Made by a program: the position numbers and the translations under genes. This document shows positions 16,359 through 24,838 of a stretch of DNA of 42,875 nucleotides, piece after piece. Under the pieces are notes generated by a model that saw only the letters and a list, made by a program, of their open reading frames with translations, was not told the DNA's origin and did not search any database. Source of the DNA: an uncultured delta proteobacterium (GTDB taxonomy: Bacteria; Desulfobacterota; Syntrophobacteria; BM002); NCBI GenBank assembly GCA_963712115.1, contig CAVQGX010000045.1, forward strand, positions 1 to 42,875, written 5' to 3'. Each line of letters starts with the position of its first letter. Positions within the stretch are counted from its first letter, which is position 1.

Positions 16359-16509
16359 TCCTGATCACCAGCAAGGTATTAGATGCAAGGCGCCGAGGAG
16401 CGACGACTGAGGCGTATGGGGCAATACGCCGCAAACATGCCCCCGCGCAGGCGGGGGGAGGAGCGATCGAAGGCAACGCCGCAGATGATGCATTGATGGT
16501 GGATCAGGG
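16359..16509. mobile_element. ~150-bp palindromic non-autonomous element (MITE/REP-like)
   Basis: Ends CCTGATCACCA / TGGTGGATCAGG; central GAGGCGTA...TACGCCGCA hairpin like the three TIR elements; extra CCCCCGCGCAGGCGGGGG hairpin. Confidence 0.6.
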
Positions 16510-16596
16510 TCAAACGAGGGACCTTGACCCTCTCAGTGGTATGGATTAGGATTGAGCACGTGTTTCCTCCCAAACCAGAATACAGGTGCCAGGAAG

Positions 16597-16785
16597 ATGA
16601 AGATTCTTGTAGATCGAGATAGTTGTAGCGGTTCGGGTGAGTGCGTGAAGGTTTGCCCTCAAGATGCAATTTCCCTAGAAGATGGTGTTGCCACCGTAGA
16701 TGAGTCCAAATGTGATTTCGACGGTATTTGCATTCCGGCTTGTCCTCACGGGGCCATAAGTTTTTCGGAAGAAAAGGTTGAATAG
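16597..16785 (+). CDS. Dicluster-type ferredoxin with non-Cys second ligands
   Basis: CSGSGECVKVCP and CDFDGICIPACP. Confidence 0.88.
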   Translation: MKILVDRDSCSGSGECVKVCPQDAISLEDGVATVDESKCDFDGICIPACPHGAISFSEEKVE

Positions 16786-16788
16786 CAT

Positions 16789-17418
16789 CTAGGCTCCATG
16801 GTCTTTCAAATAGGCAGTCAGTAAAGACTCAAGTTTTCCTGTGTATCCCAGGTAAAAATGGTCGGCGCCATAGATTATTTCCAGGTGCGCCCTAGGATTC
16901 CAGGTAGGCAGCATGTTCTCGATTAGTTTTGGCGGTGCTATCTGGTCTTGGCTGCCAGCAACGACAAGCTGGATTTGTGGGGTCAATCCAACCGAGTTAA
17001 AGTCCATAAACGCCACCGGAGGTGAAATCATAACCATCCTGTCAACAGTGTCCACCTCGGAGATAGCGAGAGCATTGACCCAAGAACCAAAAGAGTACCC
17101 AGCGAGGTCTAGGACTTTCTTCCCTCTCTGGCTAAGGTAGTGCAGGGCAGCCTTCACATCTTCCTGTTCCCCTATACCATTGTCGTATTCTCCCTCGCTA
17201 GACCCGACGCTGCGGAAATTGAACCGTAGTGTAGTGTACTCAGCAAGTTGATAAATTCGAACCAGCGATTCCACTACATTGTTGTACATATTGCCGCCAT
17301 AGAGAGGATGGGGGTGGGTAATTACCACACCCTTATCTCCCGGCATCAAGCGGAACAGCCCCTCGATTTTGATATTTATTGCCTCAAAATGCACCGGTTC
17401 TTCGACCATAGCCCTCAT
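16789..17418 (-). CDS. Alpha/beta hydrolase
   Basis: HPHPLYGG, RFNFRSVG, AGYSFG nucleophile elbow, GADHFY. Confidence 0.92.
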   Translation of the reverse strand: MRAMVEEPVHFEAINIKIEGLFRLMPGDKGVVITHPHPLYGGNMYNNVVESLVRIYQLAEYTTLRFNFRSVGSSEGEYDNGIGEQEDVKAALHYLSQRGKKVLDLAGYSFGSWVNALAISEVDTVDRMVMISPPVAFMDFNSVGLTPQIQLVVAGSQDQIAPPKLIENMLPTWNPRAHLEIIYGADHFYLGYTGKLESLLTAYLKDHGA

Positions 17419-17420
17419 CC

Positions 17421-17909
17421 TTATTTGTACTTTTCAAAGAGCTCCATCATTTGCATCTTGAAATTTTCAGGGAAGTCTTTAAGTCTATCTGCACTCAATA
17501 TGGCAAAGTCAGCTTCTCCCTTAGCCAAGACGTTCTCCTTGTGATCTTGAAGCAGAGCTTCGGCCTGACACCTGCGCTGTCCTTCATCTGAGGTTATCAT
17601 ACCTTTGACAGTTAGAGGGACTTCCACAGGCACAGGCCTCAGGTATCGCACCCCCATCCGCCGGGTCACGGAAAAACATTTCTTGAAATAGATTACAGTC
17701 CAGGACATAACCTCATCCAGAAGGGTTGATATGATTCCGCCGTGGGCCATATTTTGCCAACCAACGTGGTTCCGGGTCAAAATCACATTTGAGCAGATAT
17801 AGCTATCCTGTCGATAGAATTTTAGTTTCAGGCCAATGGGATTATTGGTGCCACAAGCGAAACAGTCATGACCTTCCAGGATAGGTATGGGGGTTTGGTT
17901 CGGGTCCAT
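17421..17909 (-). CDS. PaaI/hotdog-fold thioesterase
   Basis: CFACGTNNPIGL, AHGGIISTLLDEVM, YLRPVP. Confidence 0.92.
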   Translation of the reverse strand: MDPNQTPIPILEGHDCFACGTNNPIGLKLKFYRQDSYICSNVILTRNHVGWQNMAHGGIISTLLDEVMSWTVIYFKKCFSVTRRMGVRYLRPVPVEVPLTVKGMITSDEGQRRCQAEALLQDHKENVLAKGEADFAILSADRLKDFPENFKMQMMELFEKYK

Positions 17910-18126
17910 ACTTTAACCTCTCTCTTCAGTGCAGGATTACTTGAGTGTTGGAGTTTTGGGTAAATACTTTCTACCCCATGAGAGTTATTCATGCAAGATA
18001 GTTACTTAATCACCCCTTGTATAAGCGTTACTAAAAGATTAGTCTAACCATTAAATATGGGTAGGTTAAGATTAATTATCGCCTGCTGACCGCTGATCAC
18101 TTAGGGCTTCTAAAGGATGAACCGCC

Positions 18127-18837
18127 ATGGCCTTGTCAGCACCCAAAAATGTTTTAGAGTTGCCTGAACTCCGTGACCGGATAGCTGTTTTTCGTGACCG
18201 TGATCATGGGGGAGAAATACTTGCTAAGATGCTCACGGACTACACCGGTGGTGATGCCACTATTATTGCCATTCCCGCGGGAGGAGTGCCGGTGGCGAAG
18301 GTAATGGCAGAACGATTGAACCTTCCATTGGACCTAGCGGTGGTGAGCAAGATCACTCTACCATGGAACACGGAGGCCGGCTATGGGGCCGTGGCCTTTG
18401 ATGGAACTGTGCGGTTAAATGAGAATCTAGTGGCACGGTTCGGGCTTACTAAAGAGCAGACTCAAGAGGGAATAGATAAAACCTCGCAAAAAGTTGCAAA
18501 CCGGGTGAAAGCTCTTCGGGGTGCAGGAACCTGGCCGGGTTTATCTGGACAGCAGGCCATACTGGTAGACGATGGTCTTGCTTCAGGTTTTACCATGCTT
18601 GTGGCTATTGAAGCCCTGAAGAAGGCAGGTGTAGACAGCCTCAATGTAGCAGTGCCCACTGGTCATGAGAGTTCGATAGTGAGGATATCCAGTGAGGTGG
18701 ATACCCTCTATTGTGCCAACATTAGGGGCGGCTTTAGCTTTGCGGTGGCTGACGCCTACATGACATGGTCTGATGTTAGAGAAGGTGAGGTAGCCACTTT
18801 ATTGGCAGATTTTCAGCGGGAGTACATGAAGGACTAG
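18127..18837 (+). CDS. Phosphoribosyltransferase-family protein
   Basis: FRDRDHGG, IPAGGVPVA, ILVDDGLASGFTM PRPP-binding loop. Confidence 0.9.
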   Translation: MALSAPKNVLELPELRDRIAVFRDRDHGGEILAKMLTDYTGGDATIIAIPAGGVPVAKVMAERLNLPLDLAVVSKITLPWNTEAGYGAVAFDGTVRLNENLVARFGLTKEQTQEGIDKTSQKVANRVKALRGAGTWPGLSGQQAILVDDGLASGFTMLVAIEALKKAGVDSLNVAVPTGHESSIVRISSEVDTLYCANIRGGFSFAVADAYMTWSDVREGEVATLLADFQREYMKD

Positions 18838-18966
18838 GCAGAGGCCTAAAAAGCGGATAGGATTCAAGGTCTGTTGCCGCTACGCAAGTGAAGTATTACT
18901 GGGGGTTCAAATACTCTAAGGCGGGTATGAAGACCGAAGTGCTCTGCTTTTCTTCATGAGGAAACC

Positions 18967-20781
18967 ATGCACCACCTAAGGTTAGTGGACCTTTTTCCTT
19001 TTCTGTCGTGGATTCGGGGATACGGCCGACGCCATGTTAAAGCGGATCTAGTCGCAGGTCTGACTGTGGCTGTGGTTGCGGTACCTCAATCCATGGCCTA
19101 TGCACTCATCGCCGGTCTGCCGGTGCAGTACGGTCTCTACGCCTCCATTGTTCCGGCGATTGTTGGCTCCCTCTGGGGTAGTTCTGCTCATCTGATCACC
19201 GGTCCCACAACAGCCACCTCTTTGGTAGTGTTCAGCATTATTGCAGGACTGGCACAGCCGGGAAGTCCCGACTACTTCCAAATGGCCTTCTTGCTTGCCC
19301 TTATGGCGGGTGGGATTCGGCTCGTCATGGGACTGGCGCGGCTTGGGAACTTACTGAACTTTGTATCCTACTCGGTTATCTTAGGTTTTACTGCTGGTGC
19401 CGGGGTGCTGATCGCCTTCAATCAGTTGCCGAGCCTCTTTGGTCTGCACGTGGAGAAGAGTAGCATCTTTGTGAAGTCGCTGCTGAACACCATCTCTCAT
19501 CTCGATGAAACCCATATTATAACCTTGATACTCGGGATCACGACCACTGCCATTATTTTGCTGGTGAAGAGGTTTCGTCCCTCCTGGCCGGGAACTCTGA
19601 TCGCTCTGGTAACCGTGGGTTCCATAGTGGCAGTCTTTAAACTTGGTGGGCGTGGTGTGGCAGTGGTAGGGACTCTCCCTCGTACTCTGCCTCCAGTCCA
19701 ACTACCTGGAATCTCCCGTGGAGTGGAGATTGGCAACTTGGCCCCCGGCGCTCTTGCAATTGCTCTCCTTGGGCTGATGGAGGCTGTATCAAGCGCGAAG
19801 GCCATTGCCGGTCGGACCCATCAACAGCTCAACATAAACCAAGAATTTATCGGTCAGGGCCTTGCCAATGTGGCGGCTTCAATGTTCAGCGGCTATCCGG
19901 TAAGCGGTTCCTTCACCCGCTCGGCACTAAACTTCCGCACCGGCGGCAAGACACCTATGAGCGGCGTCTTCTCCGGTATTGCCGTCGCTGTGGTCCTCTT
20001 GATCGCAGCCCCCCTGGCCGCGGTGCTGCCTGTTGCTGCACTGGCCGGAGTACTCGTGGTGGTGGCCTATGAGATGGTGGATAAAGAGGGGATCATGCGG
20101 GCCATGAGAGCCACCCGAGCCGACGGTTCGGCACTTCTGGTAACCTTTCTGTCCACTCTTTTTCTCCAAGTTGAGTTTGCCATCTACGTTGGTGTTCTAC
20201 TCTCCATTGGTCTCCATTTGGCCGAAACGTCTCATCCTCGCATTCACTCGGTTGTGCCGGATCTGAGCACGGGTAAAATGGTAGGCTCGGCCCGCGGTAA
20301 AATCTGCTGTCAGATGGATATGGTTACGGTGGAAGGCGCTGTGTTCTTCGGTTCGGTAACCTTTGTCTTGGAAGACCTTCAGCGACGACTCAAAAACCAT
20401 CCCCATATGGCTAATCTTTTGATTAGGTTACATCAGGCGAATATATTGGACGCCAGCGGCATACACGTTCTGGAGATCCTGCTGGAAGAGGTGCGAGAGA
20501 GGGGAGGTGGGTTGTACTTCGCCGGGGTCAAGCCGCGGATTTTTCAGGTATTCAAGAATTCCGGCCTACTCCGTGAAGTGGGAGAGAGCCATTTCCGCAC
20601 TGCTACCGGTTCCGCCATTCGGCAAGCCATGCGGGAATCTTTCTGCCCGGCAATTTGTGCAACTTGTGAATACATGGTATTCGTCGAGTGTCCGGAGCTC
20701 AAGCGGGGAAATTGGGAAATATTGGGTGAAGGAGTGCTACCGCGGCCGTGTAGAACACCCAAGGCAAAGGACGGAGGCTGA
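18967..20781 (+). CDS. SulP-family anion transporter with STAS domain and Cys-rich tail
   Basis: DLVAGLTVAVVAVPQSMAYALIAG, NQEFIGQG, SGSFTRS, LDASG STAS motif; tail CPAICATC...ECP. Confidence 0.93.
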   Translation: MHHLRLVDLFPFLSWIRGYGRRHVKADLVAGLTVAVVAVPQSMAYALIAGLPVQYGLYASIVPAIVGSLWGSSAHLITGPTTATSLVVFSIIAGLAQPGSPDYFQMAFLLALMAGGIRLVMGLARLGNLLNFVSYSVILGFTAGAGVLIAFNQLPSLFGLHVEKSSIFVKSLLNTISHLDETHIITLILGITTTAIILLVKRFRPSWPGTLIALVTVGSIVAVFKLGGRGVAVVGTLPRTLPPVQLPGISRGVEIGNLAPGALAIALLGLMEAVSSAKAIAGRTHQQLNINQEFIGQGLANVAASMFSGYPVSGSFTRSALNFRTGGKTPMSGVFSGIAVAVVLLIAAPLAAVLPVAALAGVLVVVAYEMVDKEGIMRAMRATRADGSALLVTFLSTLFLQVEFAIYVGVLLSIGLHLAETSHPRIHSVVPDLSTGKMVGSARGKICCQMDMVTVEGAVFFGSVTFVLEDLQRRLKNHPHMANLLIRLHQANILDASGIHVLEILLEEVRERGGGLYFAGVKPRIFQVFKNSGLLREVGESHFRTATGSAIRQAMRESFCPAICATCEYMVFVECPELKRGNWEILGEGVLPRPCRTPKAKDGG

Positions 20782-20782
20782 G

Positions 20783-21721
20783 GTGAAGATTCTTATTTAC
20801 TTGGATGACAAGACTGATACCGAGGGAGTGCTAAGCATTGGAACTGCTCTTTCGGTGAACCTCGAGGCTGAGATAACCTTTCTTACAGTGCGCAGCACCA
20901 CTCCTGCAACTGAGGAACCGCCACCAGTGGGTGTAGATCTGCCCATGGAAAGATGGCACGAGCTCCAGCCGGGAATCCAAGTTCTCACCCAGGCGATGAA
21001 TGAGCTAATAGGCGTGGGCTTTCTTTTGCCCCAGAGTATTAACATTCGTGCGGTGCGGAATGGTTATCTATTTTTGGCTGAAACACCCTCTGGGAGCCGG
21101 GTGCCATTTTACGAACGCTATGGACACCTGACAGAAATTTTGAATCACGAGGTGGATGAACACCGTCACGATATGGTGGTTATAGCTGCTCCCCGGCGCA
21201 GTGGTTTGGGACGATTTGTTCCAGGGGATAGAGCGCGCAGGTTAGTTCTGGATTTACATGGTTCTGTCTTTCTGGTGCGGGGGGGTGACTTAAACAGCAG
21301 ATTTCTGGTGTGTGCAGACGGTTCTTCTTCCGCTAGAAGGCTATTTCCTCTGTTGAAACAGCTTTTACCTGCAACCCAGGAGCGTGTAGACTTGATTTGG
21401 GTTAGACAGTCCGGCCTCACCGACGAAGAAGTTAGGCAAGGCAAGGAATATCTAGAGGGAGCAAGGGCTTGGCTAGATCGCTGCGGAAAAAAAGGTGATT
21501 TACTCCTGCGGGAGGGAGATCGCCCCCAAGAGGTGATAGTTGAAGAGGCAGGTGTTGACTCTGTGGTCGTAATGGGGGCCAGCTTAAAGCATGATGTACA
21601 TCATCGAGTGCGCGGCAGCCTGCCACTTCAGATACTGTCTAAGACTGAATCCAGTTTGTTGTTAGCCAAGTTACCACCTGAATTAGGTATTGATTTTTTT
21701 CAAGATCTAGATACCTGCTAG
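20783..21721 (+). CDS. Universal stress protein (tandem USP domains)
   Basis: KILIYLD and RFLVCADGSSSA strands, GDRPQEVIV, VVMGAS; GTG start with GGAGG RBS right after SulP. Confidence 0.8.
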   Translation: MKILIYLDDKTDTEGVLSIGTALSVNLEAEITFLTVRSTTPATEEPPPVGVDLPMERWHELQPGIQVLTQAMNELIGVGFLLPQSINIRAVRNGYLFLAETPSGSRVPFYERYGHLTEILNHEVDEHRHDMVVIAAPRRSGLGRFVPGDRARRLVLDLHGSVFLVRGGDLNSRFLVCADGSSSARRLFPLLKQLLPATQERVDLIWVRQSGLTDEEVRQGKEYLEGARAWLDRCGKKGDLLLREGDRPQEVIVEEAGVDSVVVMGASLKHDVHHRVRGSLPLQILSKTESSLLLAKLPPELGIDFFQDLDTC

Positions 21722-21748
21722 GTCTATGCTGGGATAACTTTAGGGTTT

Positions 21749-21919
21749 ACTGGACACTAAGCGCTAGATAATAGGCGCTACGAACTAGACACTAAGCACT
21801 GGACACTGAGCAGAGCTCAGAGGGAGAAGTGCGAGACGGGCGAGACGAGGAATCAATTTTATCTTTAACAATGGCATTTTTCTCCCGCCCTCTCGTCTCG
21901 CTCGACCTCCAGTCTCGCG
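21749..21919. repeat. Stacked arrays: ACTRRRC heptamers plus inverted GCGAGACG-type 8-mers
   Basis: ACTAGAC ACTAAGC ACTGGAC ACTGAGC at 21784-21811; GCGAGACG GGCGAGACG ... CTCGTCTCG..GTCTCGC. Confidence 0.65.
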
Positions 21920-21964
21920 GTTGAACGCGCTTTGCTCTGTGCCGAGAGCAAGGAGGTGACGGCT

Positions 21965-22453
21965 ATGGAGATTTATCTGATGCAGCATGGCCCCAATCTT
22001 TCGAAGGATGAGGATCCTGAAGAACCGCTGAGTCCAGATGGGAAGAAACAGCTCTCAAAAGCAGCCAAAGCTATCAAAAGAATGGGGCTTCAATTTGATG
22101 TAATCATTGCCAGTCCCAAGAAGCGTTCCCTACAGACTGCGGCATTAGTTGCTAAGGCTGTGGGGTTTCCCGTTGAGGGGATAGTGGAAACGGAAAAGGT
22201 CAAGGCCATGACGCCGGCCGAAGAAGCTATTGCTTATCTCGCCCAGTTTGATGACAAGGACTCGATACTAATTGCAGGGCATCTGCCATCTTTAGCTGAG
22301 GTAGCTTCGGCCCTGCTCACCTCAGGGTCTAAGGCTACAATTCAGTTCGAAAGAGGTGGCATTGGCAGGATCGATGTGGACAAACTTCCCACCAATGAAG
22401 GCAAACTTCGCTGGTACCTGACTCCGGCACAGCTGGAGCTTATGGCGGACTAA
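21965..22453 (+). CDS. sixA: Phosphohistidine phosphatase SixA-like
   Basis: IYLMQHG (RHG variant), SPKKRSLQTA, LIAGHLP. Confidence 0.82.
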   Translation: MEIYLMQHGPNLSKDEDPEEPLSPDGKKQLSKAAKAIKRMGLQFDVIIASPKKRSLQTAALVAKAVGFPVEGIVETEKVKAMTPAEEAIAYLAQFDDKDSILIAGHLPSLAEVASALLTSGSKATIQFERGGIGRIDVDKLPTNEGKLRWYLTPAQLELMAD

Positions 22454-22493
22454 AGCCCCAAGAATTGGGAAAATAGAGAAAGCTATTTGCTGG

Positions 22494-22663
22494 CAGCGGT
22501 CAGAAATTAGAGATCGGAGGTCGGAAGTCAGAGGTCAGTGGACAGGGTTAAAGCTGATCTCTGACATCCGACTTCTGACCTCTGAGATAGACGACTTCAA
22601 AGGTTGCAAATATCTACATATTGCCTGCCAAAACCCTATGCGCTATGCTCTTTGCCCTATGCT
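22494..22663. repeat. Inverted CAGAGGT/ACCTCTG heptamer arrays plus a CCCTATG array
   Basis: CAGCGGT CAGAAAT TAGAGAT CGGAGGT CGGAAGT CAGAGGT ... CTGATCT CTGACAT CCGACTT CTGACCT; CCCTATG CGCTATG CTCTTTG CCCTATG. Confidence 0.82.
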
Positions 22664-22682
22664 CAGATTAGGAGAGGAACAG

Positions 22683-23543
22683 ATGACAGCAGAAAAGACA
22701 GACCTAGCCTATCCAGTCATCCCAGCAGACAGGGGAGACGACCTGCATAACCTGGAACTTGCCGATTCCGCCGATTTGGTGCTTTTTGTGGCTGGGAACC
22801 AATTCATGGTAATGGGAGAATTGCTGGGAGCATTTCAGAGCCAATATCCTGGTATCAATAGAATGTTTTATGAAACTCTGCCACCCGGACTAGAATTGAA
22901 GCAGATCCTGGCAGGGGGGGCGCTTTTCATAGACAAACTCATAGATGTGCGGCCAGATGTGTACGCATCTGTATCCGAGGCAGCTATGAAGCAGCTAGAA
23001 GCAAAGAATCTCATCTCTGCTGAGGACTACTTCCTCTATCTGCACAACCGGATAGTTTTAATGGTCCCCGAAGGAAATCCCGCCAGGATAAATTCAGTCC
23101 AAGACCTTGGCCGATCAGAGGTGCGAATTTCCCAACCTAATCCGGAATACGAAGACATCGCCTTCCACATTATGGATATGTACCGTGATGCAGGGGGTGA
23201 GACTCTGGTTCACCGCATTATGGGGGAAAAACGAGCAGAGGGAACCACCATCCTGACAACTGTTCACCACAGGGAAACTCCCCTCAGGATAGAAAAAAGA
23301 GAGGTTGATGTTGGCCCGGTGTGGGCCACTGAGATCAAGCATGCCCAGCAGAACAATTTGCCGGTGGATGTGGTCGACCCGGGTGAAGGTCTGGATCAAA
23401 GAGAAAAGATAAACTACTACATTTGCCCATTAAAAGGTTCAGCCAATCCGGAAAATGGGGAAAAATTTCTGAAGTTCATCCAGTCTTCTAAAGCTCAAAG
23501 TATCTACGAAAAATACGGTTTCGTTCCCCATTTTTCTACCTAG
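22683..23543 (+). CDS. ModA-like oxyanion-binding protein (class II SBP), no signal peptide, no permease nearby
   Basis: AGNQFMV, ETLPPG, VPEGNPARINSVQDL, VDVGPVWATE, FIQSSKAQSIYEKYGF. Confidence 0.78.
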   Translation: MTAEKTDLAYPVIPADRGDDLHNLELADSADLVLFVAGNQFMVMGELLGAFQSQYPGINRMFYETLPPGLELKQILAGGALFIDKLIDVRPDVYASVSEAAMKQLEAKNLISAEDYFLYLHNRIVLMVPEGNPARINSVQDLGRSEVRISQPNPEYEDIAFHIMDMYRDAGGETLVHRIMGEKRAEGTTILTTVHHRETPLRIEKREVDVGPVWATEIKHAQQNNLPVDVVDPGEGLDQREKINYYICPLKGSANPENGEKFLKFIQSSKAQSIYEKYGFVPHFST

Positions 23544-23595
23544 TAGTGTCAATAGTCCATTGTGGTACTTGCTTTCAATGATTATCTTTTTCTTT

Positions 23596-23627
23596 CCTGA
23601 CACCTGAAAACCTGAAACCTGACAGCT
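23596..23627. repeat. CCTGAMA heptamer half-array
   Basis: CCTGACA CCTGAAAA CCTGAAA CCTGACA just before the rhomboid start. Confidence 0.7.
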
Positions 23628-23638
23628 AAAACCCTAAG

Positions 23639-24484
23639 ATGACGGAAAATCTAAGAAAATCAATGCTTTGCCCCAATTGTAATAAGCTGATCAGTGCTGA
23701 TGAGCCGGTTTGTCCTTATTGTGGTGTGTCGAGACCGGGGGTTTGGTGGAAATCCTTACCGGTAACCAAGGGGCTTTTCAGTGGCGAGCGAATTATCAAG
23801 ACCATTATATATACCAACGTGGGGATGTACTTGCTCTCTCTTTTAATGAATCCAACCAGGATGGGCTTGTCAACCAATCCATTTACCTTTCTCTCACCCT
23901 CAAGCAATGCCCTTATATTGCTGGGATCTACGGGAACAATCCCCATAGATCAGATGCACCGCTGGTGGACCCTTATCTCCGCCAACTATCTCCACGGTGG
24001 TATTCTCCATATTCTATTCAATATGATTGCTTTGTACCAGATCGGTCCATTAGTCCTCCGGGAATACGGAGCTGGCAGACTTATAAGCCTTTACACTCTG
24101 GGTGGTGTTATTGGTTTCCTCGCGTCATATCTCGTTGGGATCCGCTTTACCTTAGGGGCCTCTGCGGCAGTTTGCAGTCTCATAGGTGCCAGCCTTTATT
24201 ATGGTAAAAGCAGGGGGGGCAGCTACGGACAGGCGGTTTACAAACAAATTAGTGGATGGGTACTGGGGATTTTCCTCTTTGGTTTTCTAGTCCCTGGTAT
24301 CAACAACTGGGGCCACGGCGGTGGGATTGTGGGAGGTATTATTATCGGCTACTTATTGGGTTACGAGGAGAAAAAAAGGGAAAATCTAATTCACAAAAGC
24401 CTGGGTGGTATCTGTATTGTCTTGACGGTGGCTGTTTTGGCTTGGGCTGTGTCATCTTCTTTTTACTATAGGTTTTTTGCTTAG
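23639..24484 (+). CDS. Rhomboid intramembrane serine protease with N-terminal zinc ribbon
   Basis: CPNC...CPYC, LHGGILHILFN, GASA, NWGHGGG. Confidence 0.92.
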   Translation: MTENLRKSMLCPNCNKLISADEPVCPYCGVSRPGVWWKSLPVTKGLFSGERIIKTIIYTNVGMYLLSLLMNPTRMGLSTNPFTFLSPSSNALILLGSTGTIPIDQMHRWWTLISANYLHGGILHILFNMIALYQIGPLVLREYGAGRLISLYTLGGVIGFLASYLVGIRFTLGASAAVCSLIGASLYYGKSRGGSYGQAVYKQISGWVLGIFLFGFLVPGINNWGHGGGIVGGIIIGYLLGYEEKKRENLIHKSLGGICIVLTVAVLAWAVSSSFYYRFFA

Positions 24485-24555
24485 TGTCCGGATGCACAGA
24501 GCAAGAGGTTTATTGGTCGACAGTTATCTTTTTTGATATATTTATAAATCTTGCC

Positions 24556-24809
24556 TATCCCGGATATTTCATGAATTGCTGTCGCGAGACCGCGAAGATG
24601 GGCGTACCACCTGGCAATCGTCCCGCGGTACCGCGGGATTGGTTCCGAGGCGCACCTGAACGGTACGTCGCAGGGACCGGCACCCGAGGACGCCAGGAAG
24701 GACGGCCATATTATTCGCGCTCGCTGCGCTCCGCTCAGTCCCGCAAGCGGGTTCCCAGTTTCGTGGTCGCAGTCACGCCAGGGCGTGAATTCATGAAATA
24801 TCCGGGATA
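24556..24809 (+). mobile_element. MITE-like TIR element, copy 1 (254 bp, with nested insertions)
   Basis: Perfect 22-bp TIR TATCCCGGATATTTCATGAATT including terminal TA; interior aligns to the copies at 31408 and 41523. Confidence 0.88.
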
Positions 24810-24838
24810 ATCAATGTCTGAAGAAAGGGGAGGTAGAG

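Noticed and set aside
24484-24810. ORFs through the MITEs (24484-24810, 31155-31592, 31393-31602, 41480-41692)
   Set aside because: They are translations of the repeat itself (two end in ..KYPG from the TIR), with no RBS or domain.
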